A stretch of 64,000 nucleotides of DNA from an uncultured Clostridia bacterium (GCA_944372795.1 CALWAF010000001.1:64390-128389), one strand, 5' to 3'; counted from the first letter of the stretch, positions 55,472 through 64,000 are shown. Program-made: numbers and translations. The notes: generated from the letters alone by a model not told the origin.

Positions 55472-56659
55472 TCACTTCTTGCGCTCGTTGAGGAATTCCT
55501 CAATGAGGTCGAGCGCGCGTTTGATGGCGTCGACGGAGTAGGCGTAGGAGATGCGGATGAAGTCCTTGCCGCTGTCGCCGAACGCGCTGCCGGGGACGAC
55601 TGCGACGTTCTTGGCTTCGAGAAGCGCGTAGGCAAATTCCTCGCCGTCCATACCCGTGGACTTGACGCAGGGGAAGGCGTAGAAGGCGCCTCTGGGCTCG
55701 AAGCAGGTGAGACCCATGGCATTGAGCCTGCCGACGAGGTATCTGCGGCGCTCGTCGTACTTTTCTCTCATTTCGGCGACCTCGGCGAAACCGTCCGCGA
55801 AGGAGGCTTCGAGGGCTGCGAGAGCCGCGTACTGCGCAGCGGTGGGCGCGCACATGATTCCGTACTGATGGATCTTATAGACGACGTCGATGATGGGCTT
55901 GGGCGCGCAGATGTAGCCGAGTCTCCAGCCCGTCATGGCGAACGCCTTGGAGAAGCCGCTGATGACGATGGTGCGCTCTCTCATGCCCTCGAGGGACGCC
56001 ACGGAGCAGAACTTGACGCCGTTGTAGACCAACTCGCCGTAGATCTCGTCCGAGAAGACGACGAGGTCGTTCTCAAGGATGACGGGCGCGAGCTTTTCGA
56101 GGTCGCTCTTCTCCATGACGGCGCCGGTGGGGTTGTTGGGGAAGGCGACGAGGATCGCTTTGGTGCGGGGGGTGATCGCCTTCTTGATCTCATCGACGTT
56201 GAGCTTGAACTCGTCCTCGATGAAGCACTTCACGCTGACGGGGGTGGCGCCTGTGAGGGAGACGAGGGGCGCGTAGCACACGAAGCAAGGCTCGGGGATG
56301 AGCACCTCGTCGCCGGGAGCGCACACTGCCCTGAAGGCGGCGTCGAGCGCCTCGGACGCGCCGACTGTGATGATGATCTCGCTTGCGGGATCGTAGTGCA
56401 CGCCGATGAAACCGTCGAGATATTTGCTTATGGCTTTGCGCAGCTCCATGAGCCCCGCATTTGCGGTGTACTGCGTCTTACCCTCGAGGATGCTGTCGAT
56501 GGCAGCCTGACTGAAGGCGCGGGGGGTGATGAAGTCGGGCTCGCCGACGCCGAGAGAAATGCAGTCCTTTCGGGTGGCAGCGATCTCGAAAAACTTCCTG
56601 ATGCCGGAAGGCTTCATGTCTCTTGCGACGGGGTTGAGGATCTTTGCATAATCGATCAT
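55472..56659 (-). CDS. class I/II pyridoxal-phosphate-dependent aminotransferase
   Basis: ORF 55472..56716 trimmed to ATG 56659 (AGAGGTG RBS). SGIRKFFE, GVGEPDF, and SGFSKAFAMTGWRLGY (PLP lysine). Confidence 0.88.
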   Translation of the reverse strand: MIDYAKILNPVARDMKPSGIRKFFEIAATRKDCISLGVGEPDFITPRAFSQAAIDSILEGKTQYTANAGLMELRKAISKYLDGFIGVHYDPASEIIITVGASEALDAAFRAVCAPGDEVLIPEPCFVCYAPLVSLTGATPVSVKCFIEDEFKLNVDEIKKAITPRTKAILVAFPNNPTGAVMEKSDLEKLAPVILENDLVVFSDEIYGELVYNGVKFCSVASLEGMRERTIVISGFSKAFAMTGWRLGYICAPKPIIDVVYKIHQYGIMCAPTAAQYAALAALEASFADGFAEVAEMREKYDERRRYLVGRLNAMGLTCFEPRGAFYAFPCVKSTGMDGEEFAYALLEAKNVAVVPGSAFGDSGKDFIRISYAYSVDAIKRALDLIEEFLNERKK

Positions 56660-56879
56660 AATTTCACCTCTTATCGGATATGAGAAAATTTTAGCACCAA
56701 ATGATTTACTTTTCAACTATTTTTTAATTTTGCGCATAAAATGAAAGGAGTCACGAAGATGCACTCCCCCGCACCGCACGGGACGCGCGTGCAAATGAAT
56801 ATCGTCGCGCGCGGAAGGGAATGCTCAAACGGTATTGAACGGTGCCCGAAAACGTGATAATATGATCAAGAGGTGTAAC

Positions 56880-57446
56880 ATGAGAAAAATGGTTTCCATC
56901 ATAGGCGACAGCAAGATAGAAAAAGACGGCGACAAATATCGCCTCGCGTTCTCGATGGGCAAAGCGCTTGTCGACAACGGCTACCGCGTGGCGTCGGGCG
57001 GGCTCGGCGGCGTGATGGAGGCGGCGTTCGAGGGCGCGAAGTCCTCCGAATTTTACCGCGAAGGCGACACCGTCGCCATCCTCCCCATGTTTGACAGAAA
57101 ACTCGCCAGCGACGCGGCGGACATCGTCATCGCGACGGGGCTGGACGTCTACCGCAACGTCATCGTCGCCAACTCCGACGCGGTCATCGCCATAGGCGGC
57201 GGTGCGGGCACCCTTGCGGAAATGTCCAACGCGTGGCCGCTGAAACGCCTGATGATCGCCTTCAAAAACGTGGACGGCTGGAGCTCAAAAGTGGCGGACA
57301 CCCGCCTTGACCACCGCATCCGCTATCCCGAGATCGAGGAAGACCGCGTCTTCGGCGTGAGCACGGCAGACGAAGCCATCGCTCTCTTGGAGAAATATCT
57401 GAACCTCTACACCGACACCCACACGGGCATAAAGCGCGGCGACTGA
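56880..57446 (+). CDS. TIGR00725/LOG-like Rossmann-fold protein
   Basis: ORF 56835..57446 trimmed to ATG 56880 (AGAGGTG RBS). GGLGGVMEAA and AIGGGAGTLAEM motifs. Confidence 0.7.
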   Translation: MRKMVSIIGDSKIEKDGDKYRLAFSMGKALVDNGYRVASGGLGGVMEAAFEGAKSSEFYREGDTVAILPMFDRKLASDAADIVIATGLDVYRNVIVANSDAVIAIGGGAGTLAEMSNAWPLKRLMIAFKNVDGWSSKVADTRLDHRIRYPEIEEDRVFGVSTADEAIALLEKYLNLYTDTHTGIKRGD

Positions 57447-57496
57447 CCACCGCCGCCCTCCGCGGCATATCGACACACCCACCACTTAAACCATGC

Positions 57497-57523
57497 AAAA
57501 AAGCGGGCTAAACCCGCTTTTTT
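57497..57523. terminator. bidirectional intrinsic terminator
   Basis: AAAAAAGCGGG-CTAAA-CCCGCTTTTTT. Confidence 0.7.
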
Positions 57524-57631
57524 GCATTATAATGACTTGCCGCAAGCGGCTCACACGAAATGCAAACGCACCCCTTACGCTCGCATTGCTTTGCATTTGC
57601 GTCATTTTATGTTCGTGTCACTTCGCATTTG

Positions 57632-57659
57632 AAAAACTCCGCCGAGGCGGAGTTTTTTT
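57632..57659. terminator. bidirectional intrinsic terminator
   Basis: AAAAACTCCGCC-GAG-GGCGGAGTTTTTTT. Serves the minus-strand 57763..59847 gene and possibly a short plus-strand transcript. Confidence 0.7.
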
Positions 57660-57762
57660 GTGTGGTGTGGGCGGGCGGAGTCCGTGCGGGGACTGCCCTG
57701 CTCTCTCGGATCGCCCGTGCAGGGCGGTGCCGTGCGTCAGTATGCGGGCGGTTGGAGCCTAC

Positions 57763-59847
57763 TTACTTTATCTTGTTCATGGCGACGTCGTATGCCGCCG
57801 CGGTGGCATTTGCTATCCTGCCCACTTTGTCGGCGTCGCCGACGACGAAGAGGTCCTTCACTTTGCCTTCAAGCTCTTTTGCAAGCCCGTTGACGGGACG
57901 TGCGCCGAGGGAGAGGACGACGGCGTCCGCGTCCACGCGGGACTGCTCTTTGGTCTTCACGTTCTCGACCAGCGCGCCTTTCGCGTCGATGGCGACGAGC
58001 TTGGTGGACAGCAAGAACTTCGCACCCGCTTTCTCCAGCTTGGGCATCGCGTCGTCGAGGTGCTGGAACCACGTGCCGGGAGCGACCTCTTTCGCCATCT
58101 CGACAAAGGTGAGTTTGTTGCCCATGGAGGCGAGCAGTTCGCCCGTCTCGAGCCCTGTCATGCCCGTGCCGATGACGGCGACTTTCTTGCCCTCGAGTTT
58201 TACGGAGCCGTCGAGGATCTGCGTGGTGGTGAACACGTTTTTGCCGTCCGCGCCCTTGATGGACCTAGGACGCACGGCGACTGCGCCCGTCGCCACGATG
58301 ACCGCACAGGGAGAGAGCGCGAGGATGTCCGCCGCCGTGGCTTCCTTGCCGAGGCGGATGTCCGCACCCTGCTTTCTCGCATTGACTTCGAGGTCCTCCA
58401 CGCACCAGCCTATCTTTTCCTTTTTTGGTCCCTTGTCCGCGAGGTTGATCTGTCCGCCGCAGACATTCTCTTTCTCGAACACCACGGGCTTGAATCCGCG
58501 CTTGCCCAGCACTTCAGCCGCAGTGAGACCCGCGACGCCTGCGCCCACGATGGCGACCGTCCTGCCCTTGCCGTCCTTGGGGAGCGCGTCCCAGCGTCTC
58601 TCCTCACCGAGGGTGGGATTGACCGAGCAGCAGCCGTGTTCGCCGCGGTAAGCGTTGTCCATCATGCTCTCGATGCAATAAAGACAGCAGATGCAGCGCT
58701 TGACCTCGTTCTCTCTGCCGCTCTGCACCTTCTCCGCCCAATGGGGGTCTGCGATGTGCGGTCTGCCAAGAGAGACGAAATCCTGCACGCCGCGCTCGAG
58801 CTGTTCCTCCGCCTGTTCGGGGGAACGGATGAGGTTGGCGGCAAGCACAGGGATCTTCACCTCTTTCTTGACCGCTTCCGCCATATAGGCTCGCCAGCCG
58901 CAGTCGAAGGAAGTGGGCTCCAGCCAATAGTTGTAGGTGTCGTATGCGGCGGAGGAAACGTCGATGGCGTCCACGCCCATCGCCTCGAATGCCTTTGCGT
59001 ACTTCACGCCCGTCTCGAGACCGTAGCCTTTGCCGGGCTGCCCTATCTTGTCATAGCACTCGTCCACGGCGAGGCGGACGATGAGGGGGTAATCCTTGCC
59101 GCATTCCTTGCGGATGCCTTCGATGATCTCCTTGATGAAACGCAGCCTGTTCTCGAAGCTGCCGCCGTACTCGTCCGTGCGTTTGTTGGTGTTGGGGCTC
59201 AAAAACTGTTGCAGCAGATAGCCGTGCGCGGCGTGAAGCTCCACGCCGTCCACGCCCGCCTTCTTGCACCTGACCGCCGCGTCGATGAACTCGCGGATGA
59301 GCTTCTTTATCTCACGGTGGGAGAACGCCCTGACGTGCCCGCCCGCGACTTTGCTGGGCTCGCACTTCGAGGGTCCGGGAGAGGCGAAGACGAGCCCTTT
59401 CTCCACCATCTTGCGTCCGATGCCGGGCGCGATCTTATAGACGAGCTTGGGGAAGGACTTGCACACCTTGCTGCACATATTGGTGAGTGGCACCATGTGC
59501 ACCATGATGCCGACGTTCTGTCTGCCGGGGTGATGCAGCTGCACGAAGAACTTCGCGCCGTGACGGTGTATCCTCTCCGCAAACTCGCGCATGGGCTCGA
59601 TGTGATAGTCGTGCGACATCGCAAGTTGGTTGAACGCCGCAGCGCCGTGGTCGTCGTTGACGCGGGTGATCTCCGTAAGGATGAGACCCGTGCCGCCCTT
59701 CGCGCGTTCCTCGTAGTAGTCCATCAGCATCTCGGTGGGCTTGCCGTCGGGCGCGCCGAAACCCATCATCATGGGAGGCATGACGATGCGGTTCTTGATC
59801 TCGCAGCTGCCTATCTTCATAGGCGAAAACAGCATTTTGTATTCCAT
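57763..59847 (-). CDS. 2-enoate reductase / 2,4-dienoyl-CoA reductase-like flavoenzyme (OYE TIM barrel + 4Fe-4S + FAD/NAD domain)
   Basis: ORF 57763..59847, 694 aa. IKNRIVMPPM, HAAHGYLLQQFLSP, CICCLYC Cys cluster, VAIVGAGVAGL and VAVIGTGMTG dinucleotide motifs. Confidence 0.85.
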   Translation of the reverse strand: MEYKMLFSPMKIGSCEIKNRIVMPPMMMGFGAPDGKPTEMLMDYYEERAKGGTGLILTEITRVNDDHGAAAFNQLAMSHDYHIEPMREFAERIHRHGAKFFVQLHHPGRQNVGIMVHMVPLTNMCSKVCKSFPKLVYKIAPGIGRKMVEKGLVFASPGPSKCEPSKVAGGHVRAFSHREIKKLIREFIDAAVRCKKAGVDGVELHAAHGYLLQQFLSPNTNKRTDEYGGSFENRLRFIKEIIEGIRKECGKDYPLIVRLAVDECYDKIGQPGKGYGLETGVKYAKAFEAMGVDAIDVSSAAYDTYNYWLEPTSFDCGWRAYMAEAVKKEVKIPVLAANLIRSPEQAEEQLERGVQDFVSLGRPHIADPHWAEKVQSGRENEVKRCICCLYCIESMMDNAYRGEHGCCSVNPTLGEERRWDALPKDGKGRTVAIVGAGVAGLTAAEVLGKRGFKPVVFEKENVCGGQINLADKGPKKEKIGWCVEDLEVNARKQGADIRLGKEATAADILALSPCAVIVATGAVAVRPRSIKGADGKNVFTTTQILDGSVKLEGKKVAVIGTGMTGLETGELLASMGNKLTFVEMAKEVAPGTWFQHLDDAMPKLEKAGAKFLLSTKLVAIDAKGALVENVKTKEQSRVDADAVVLSLGARPVNGLAKELEGKVKDLFVVGDADKVGRIANATAAAYDVAMNKIK

Positions 59848-59928
59848 ATTTTCTCCCTGTGTCGCATTCCCGCCGCGCGGTCTGTTTGGCAGAATGCCGT
59901 GTTTATTCCTCGTTTTGCGCGCGTAAAC

Positions 59929-60450
59929 TCACTTTACGCGCTTATAGTTGCCCGTCATCGCCGCAAGCTGCACCTCGCAGGGCATGTCGCCTTTGTGCAT
60001 CCCGAAGGGCAGCACCGTCTCGATGAGCTCGATGACCGTGTCGTCCTCGCTCTTGCCGACATATGCATATCTGATCTTCGCGCCCGCGCTCTCGAAGGAC
60101 GCCTGCTGCAACACTTTCAGCCCTTCATTCTGCACGGCGGCTATCGCCTTGTCCAAGTCCTTGACGTTGTACTCGATGTGGTGGATCATCTCACCGTGAT
60201 TTTTGAGGAAGGTGGTGTAGATGTTCTCGTCCCCCTGCGGATAGATGAGCTCGATGACGGTGTGTCCCTTGCCGCCGAAGTAGAGGGTGACGTTGCAGTT
60301 GCGCTTCTCGCCGTGATAGGTCATGTCGAGGGGGGTGTCATACACCAGCTCATACCACTTGTCGATGCCGAGCAGGCGGGAATAATGCTCCTTTGCCGCG
60401 GCAAGGTCTCTCACGACGATGCCGGCGTGTCCGATCTTTCCGAATTTCAT
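59929..60450 (-). CDS. VOC/glyoxalase-family protein
   Basis: ORF 59929..60471 trimmed to ATG 60450 (GGAGGAG RBS). KIGHAGIVVRDLAAAKEHY and HHIEYNVKDLD paired beta-alpha-beta-beta-beta modules. Confidence 0.7.
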   Translation of the reverse strand: MKFGKIGHAGIVVRDLAAAKEHYSRLLGIDKWYELVYDTPLDMTYHGEKRNCNVTLYFGGKGHTVIELIYPQGDENIYTTFLKNHGEMIHHIEYNVKDLDKAIAAVQNEGLKVLQQASFESAGAKIRYAYVGKSEDDTVIELIETVLPFGMHKGDMPCEVQLAAMTGNYKRVK

Positions 60451-60632
60451 TCTCTCCTCCTGCCGCCGCAAAAAGCGCGGCGTGCAAATTATCGTTCAAC
60501 ATTGTATCATATCGGCAAACGCAAGTCAACACGCGCGCGTCGATGCGAGCGTATAAAAACAGCGGTTTTCAAAGAAATTTCGGCGTTGCACGATGCACGG
60601 ACACCTACGCGCGCACACGACGCTCGCCTAAG

Positions 60633-60929
60633 TCAGCCTTCTATGGTGTAATCCACCGAGACGCTCGACTCCTTCACCGAATGCACGTGTTTCTTGACCA
60701 CGGAGACGTGGTAAGGGTCGTTCTGATAAGCCGCCATCGCCTCGAAGGAATCGAAGGTGACGTCCAGCACGATGTCGAAGCTCCTCTCGCTGTGCAGTTC
60801 GTCTATGCCCACCGCAACGGACTTCACCTCGGGCACTCTGCCCTGCATGGAAAGGAAGATCTCCTTCGTCTTTTGTTTGACCTCGTCGGTGGGGTCTTTG
60901 AGTTTGTAGCAAACGATGTGTCTTACCAT
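60633..60929 (-). CDS. Dabb (stress-responsive alpha/beta barrel) domain protein
   Basis: ORF 60633..61010 trimmed to ATG 60929 (AAGGAGGG RBS). MVRHIVCYKLKD...FDSFEAMAAYQNDPYHV, 98 aa. Confidence 0.75.
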   Translation of the reverse strand: MVRHIVCYKLKDPTDEVKQKTKEIFLSMQGRVPEVKSVAVGIDELHSERSFDIVLDVTFDSFEAMAAYQNDPYHVSVVKKHVHSVKESSVSVDYTIEG

Positions 60930-61031
60930 GATCCCTCCTTGTCGCGTCCGACACCTGCCTCGGCGCGGACTTGTGTTCGGATTTATTTTTGCACGTCCCG
61001 TCGTGGGCAAAACGTGGCGGGAGCGTGCCTA

Positions 61032-62072
61032 TCAACGGGTGCAGTCCAGAGCCACTTTCATCACTCCGTCCGCGCGCGCCTCGAAGAGTTTGTACGCCTC
61101 GTCCGTGCGGGAGAGGGGGAAAGTGTGCGTGATGAGCGCGGATGTGTCGAGCTTCCCCGCCGCAATATGCGCAAGGATGTCCTCTCCGTCGCAGCCGTCC
61201 ACACCGCCCGTCTTGAAAGTGAGATTCTTGCCGTACATTTCGGGGAGAGGCAAGGTCTGCGCCTCGTCGTACATGGCGACCACCGTCACGGTGGACGCAG
61301 GACGCGCCGCCTCCCATGCGAGGCGGAAGGACGCGGGCGTGCCCGCCGCTTCGATGACGCTGTCCGCGCCGCCGAAACGGCACTCCGCGCGCATCTTTTC
61401 AAGAGCTTCGTCCGCACGGAGCGTGATGAGTGACGGATAATGTTTCCGCACAAAATCGAGTCTTACGTCATCAATATCGCAAATAAACACCCTGTTCGGT
61501 GATTTGAGCGAGGCGGACAGCGCGCAGCATATCCCGGTGGGACCCGCGCCTATGACGAGGGTGTCGCTCCCCTCCTCGATGTCCGCGATCTTCGCCGCCC
61601 ACCATCCCGTTGCGAGGATGTCCCCCGCAAGCACCGCGCTCTCGTCGCTCACGCCGTCGGGGATGAGGGTGAGCCCCGTGTCCGCGTGCGGGACGCGGAC
61701 GTATTCCGCCTGCATACCGTCTATGCGACAGCCCATCGCCCAGCCGCCGTCGGGCAGGACGCAGTTGTTCACCTTGCCGTGTTTGCAGAAGAAGCATTCT
61801 CCGCAAAAGGTCTCCACCCCCACGGACACGCGGTCGCCGGGGCGCACGCCTTTTACCGCATCGCCCACCGCCTCCACGACGCCCACCGCTTCGTGTCCCA
61901 CCGTGATGCCGCGCACCGCGCGAGGGACGAAACCGTGTTTGATATGCAGGTCGCTGGTGCAGATGCTCGCAAGCGTCACGCGCACGATGGCGTCGGTGTC
62001 GTTTTGCAGCACCGGGACGGGCTTTTCTACAAGCCCGAATTTCCCCTTGTCAAGATAGGTATAAGCCAGCAT
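61032..62072 (-). CDS. zinc-dependent medium-chain alcohol dehydrogenase
   Basis: ORF 61032..62072, 346 aa. GHEAVGVVEAVG, the CGECFFCKHG structural-zinc loop, and LVIGAGPTG. Confidence 0.85.
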   Translation of the reverse strand: MLAYTYLDKGKFGLVEKPVPVLQNDTDAIVRVTLASICTSDLHIKHGFVPRAVRGITVGHEAVGVVEAVGDAVKGVRPGDRVSVGVETFCGECFFCKHGKVNNCVLPDGGWAMGCRIDGMQAEYVRVPHADTGLTLIPDGVSDESAVLAGDILATGWWAAKIADIEEGSDTLVIGAGPTGICCALSASLKSPNRVFICDIDDVRLDFVRKHYPSLITLRADEALEKMRAECRFGGADSVIEAAGTPASFRLAWEAARPASTVTVVAMYDEAQTLPLPEMYGKNLTFKTGGVDGCDGEDILAHIAAGKLDTSALITHTFPLSRTDEAYKLFEARADGVMKVALDCTR

Positions 62073-62088
62073 ATCTTTCCTCTGCGGG

Positions 62089-63075
62089 TCACTGCCCGCG
62101 ATATTTTTCCAGACCCTTTTCGATGTTTTCCGCGATCTTGTCGCGCAGGTGCGCGGGCGAGAGCACTTCCACGAAATTGAGATATTGCATCGCCCAATAC
62201 ACCATGGCGGAGGGGCTTGCCGTCACCTCGGCTTTTAGCCTGCCCTCGCCTGCGGGAAACAATTCGGCGCTCTTGCCGAACCAGTCGATGACGTCGTCCA
62301 CCGCCCTCTCGTCCACCAGAAACTCTATGCGCACGGGTTCGTCGGAGAACATATACGGCAGCGCGGTCGCGAGTTTCTTGTACTCGATGCCCTTCTCGTA
62401 GCCCGAAAGGGAGCGCAGCGGGGTCGCGGGGCGATCCGTCAGCGCCATCTCTGTGATGCGGTCCATGCGGTAGTAGCCCACGTCGTGCCACTTCTCGTTG
62501 CAGCCCATGAGGTAATAGTGCCTGTTGCGCAGCAGCATCTGATAGGGGGACACTAGGTGGGATGCGGATCTGTGCAACTTGCCGTCCGCGCCGTATTTGT
62601 TGTAGTCGAATTCGACCATCACTCCCCTCTCTATCGCCTCGTCCACCAGCTCGATGTTATAAAAGACGTCGCGGTTTTCGGTCTTGTTCCACTCGTCGAC
62701 GGAATAGACGTGCTTGACGTGCGAGCGGAAATATTTGCTGGAAAGGGAGCACAGCCTCTCTATGATGTCCTTGGAATACGCCGCCGTCACGTGCCTGCCG
62801 GACAGCACGCCGTCGATGAGCATACGCAGCTCCGCATCCTCGAAAAGGCGCGTGTCCAGCCAGCTCCCCTTGCGGTCGGAGCCTATGTCGTAGCCCGCCT
62901 CTTTGAGAAGCGAGAGATTGCGCCCTATCGCCTTCCTCTCCACGACGATGCCGTATTCCTTCTCCAAGAGCGCCGCGATCTCTTCCTGCAACAGATGATG
63001 ATCCCTGTCGCTGTACTTTTCAAGGATGTGCAAGATGCGTATGAGCGCAAGTTTTTTGGGTTCCAGACTCTCCAT
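62089..63075 (-). CDS. WYL-domain transcriptional regulator (wHTH + WYL + C-terminal extension)
   Basis: ORF 62089..63426 trimmed to ATG 63075 (GGAGG RBS, own promoter). N-terminal LALIRILHILEKYSD... HTH. HYYLMGCNEKWHDVGYYRMDRI WYL-type segment. Confidence 0.8.
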   Translation of the reverse strand: MESLEPKKLALIRILHILEKYSDRDHHLLQEEIAALLEKEYGIVVERKAIGRNLSLLKEAGYDIGSDRKGSWLDTRLFEDAELRMLIDGVLSGRHVTAAYSKDIIERLCSLSSKYFRSHVKHVYSVDEWNKTENRDVFYNIELVDEAIERGVMVEFDYNKYGADGKLHRSASHLVSPYQMLLRNRHYYLMGCNEKWHDVGYYRMDRITEMALTDRPATPLRSLSGYEKGIEYKKLATALPYMFSDEPVRIEFLVDERAVDDVIDWFGKSAELFPAGEGRLKAEVTASPSAMVYWAMQYLNFVEVLSPAHLRDKIAENIEKGLEKYRGQ

Positions 63076-63097
63076 AACTCTTCCGCCTCCTTTCTCG

Positions 63098-63126
63098 ATT
63101 ATACCCCACACGCCGCCGTCAGGCAA
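63098..63126 (-). promoter_or_regulatory. sigma-A-type promoter of the WYL regulator gene
   Basis: Minus strand reads TTGCCT (63126-63121), 17 nt, TATAAT (63103-63098). Confidence 0.55.
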
Positions 63127-63193
63127 TAGGCGGACGCAAATTTGTCGGCATTCATGTCCCCTTTTCGGTGCATCACTCGCGCATTGTGAAAGT

Positions 63194-63290
63194 CGCCGCA
63201 CAACTCGCGTCACCGACTCGGATAGAGCCCGTAACGCGGCTACATGAAGACCCCCTGTGATCAGGGGGTCTTCTGGTGCCGCTGACCGGG
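63194..63290. repeat. 97-bp direct repeat, copy 1 (contains an orphan copy of the tRNA-Leu 3' end)
   Basis: Identical to 63417..63513 except at 2 positions. Ends with CTGGTGCCGCTGACCGGG, the reverse complement of the last 17 nt of tRNA-Leu(UAA). Confidence 0.9.
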
Positions 63291-63416
63291 ATCGTAAGGA
63301 GCAAGCGCGCCGCGCGAAGCGACGGAACAGCGAGGATGTAAGGTGAAACGCACGCCGTGCGGGACTCTCGTTGCCGTGCCGTGGATCTGCGAAGCGTCGT
63401 GCGGGATAGACACTCC

Positions 63417-63513
63417 CGCCGCACAACTCGCGTCACCGACTCGGAGAGAGCCCGTAACGCGGCTACATGAAGACCCCCTGCGATCAGGGGGTCTTCTGGT
63501 GCCGCTGACCGGG
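63417..63513. repeat. 97-bp direct repeat, copy 2 (tRNA-Leu 3' end + trailer/terminator)
   Basis: Covers tRNA positions 63497-63513 plus the 80-nt downstream trailer, including hairpin GAAGACCCCCTG-nn-ATCAGGGGGTCTTC. Confidence 0.9.
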
Positions 63514-63583
63514 CTTGAACCGGTATGGTATCTCTACCGAGGGATTTTAAGTCCCTTGCGTCTGCCAATTCCACCACAGCGGC
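63497..63583 (-). tRNA. tRNA-Leu (anticodon UAA)
   Basis: Hand fold: acceptor GCCGCUG/CAGCGGC. Anticodon stem-loop AGGGA-CUUAAAA-UCCCU. Long variable arm. T-arm ACCGG-UUCAAGC-CCGGU. Encoded CCA. Confidence 0.88.
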
Positions 63584-63623
63584 ACGGCGGATAACGCGAC
63601 GGAGCGGCGCGTCATCTTGCGAC

Positions 63624-63658
63624 AAAAAAACGAGCGACACCGTGAGTGTCGCTCGTTT
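63624..63658 (-). terminator. intrinsic terminator after tRNA-Cys
   Basis: Minus-strand CGAGCGACAC-UCACG-GUGUCGCUCG followed by UUUUUUU. Confidence 0.7.
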
Positions 63659-63659
63659 G

Positions 63660-63734
63660 TGGAGGCACCATCCGGATTTGAACCGGAGAATGAAGGTTTT
63701 GCAGACCTTTGCCTTACCTCTTGGCTATGGTGCC
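63660..63734 (-). tRNA. tRNA-Cys (anticodon GCA)
   Basis: Hand fold: acceptor GGCACCA/UGGUGCC, discriminator U73. Anticodon loop CUGCAAA. T-arm CCGGUUCAAAUCCGG. Encoded CCA. Confidence 0.88.
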
Positions 63735-63820
63735 ATGGGCTGCGCCTCTCGCGTGCCATATCAATATATCAAAAGGCGAGAGTTTTGGCAACCGATTTTG
63801 AAAATTTAGCGCGTACGGGC

Positions 63821-64000
63821 TCATTTTTTGCGCGTACGCAGCTTTTCGGCGAATTCGACGAGGGCTTCCCCGTAAGGCAGACGGGCGGCGTATCCGAGGG
63901 CGGATGATGTGCATTCGTCAAGCAGAGCGCGTCCTCTCTCCTCCCCGATGACGGCGACGAGGGAATTTTCCTCTCCCTCGTCAAGCAGGTCGTCGGCGAT
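63821..64000 (-). CDS. C-terminal 59 codons of an unidentified protein (5' part outside window)
   Basis: Not in ORF track. The minus-strand frame is open from 64000 to TGA at 63823-63821: IADDLLDEGEENSLVAVIGEERGRALLDECTSSALGYAARLPYGEALVEFAEKLRTRKK. GC-rich third positions match neighbouring genes. Confidence 0.45.
   Translation of the reverse strand: MADDLLDEGEENSLVAVIGEERGRALLDECTSSALGYAARLPYGEALVEFAEKLRTRKK

Noticed and set aside
63076-63426. N-terminal 117-aa extension of the WYL regulator ORF (ORF track 62089..63426)
   Set aside because: The extension is Arg/Ala-rich and low in complexity, and it runs through the 97-bp tRNA-derived repeat. A GGAGG RBS and a TTGCCT-17-TATAAT promoter precede the internal ATG at 63075, where the wHTH domain begins.

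Overview
64-kb chromosomal window. Gene content (complete spoIIIAA-AH operon, HydABC-type [FeFe]-hydrogenase operon) suggests a high-GC, endospore-forming Clostridia-type Firmicute; this is inference. Order of features: (1) purine operon on the minus strand (purE-purM-purN plus a PurO-like IMP cyclohydrolase running off the left edge), with a long terminator-containing leader. (2) Small accessory genes: membrane zinc-ribbon protein, XRE regulator, two alpha/beta hydrolases, an amidohydrolase. (3) Two diverged tandem copies of a two-gene cassette (discoidin-domain GH18 lipoprotein plus unknown lipoprotein), followed by an orphan tyrosine recombinase and small ORFs. (4) The spoIIIA operon. (5) A roughly 0.5-kb hairpin-rich, ORF-free region ending in a strong terminator, a candidate large ncRNA or long leader. 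(6) A 10-gene hydrogenase operon in which HydA/B/C are interleaved with a sensory-type hydrogenase paralogue, two GHKL ATPases, two DRTGG-like proteins and a PHP protein. Long inverted repeats that overlap stop codons flank this operon. (7) nadE, gldA and a fused dihydroxyacetone kinase. (8) A roughly 21-kb lower-GC glycan-utilisation island between tRNA-Leu(GAG) and tRNA-Ala(GGC). It carries LacI, GH13, GH32, a tandem beta-helix enzyme, three SGNH esterase modules, an Opp-type ABC transporter, and large lipoproteins with a repeated uncharacterised domain. (9) An aminotransferase and a TIGR00725-like protein. (10) A WYL-regulator-led redox/detox gene string. (11) tRNA-Leu(UAA) and tRNA-Cys, with a 97-bp direct repeat that duplicates the tRNA-Leu 3' end. 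I saw no CRISPR array, rRNA or intact prophage. All calls rest on hand translation, remembered family motifs and manual hairpin and repeat inspection; no searches were run.
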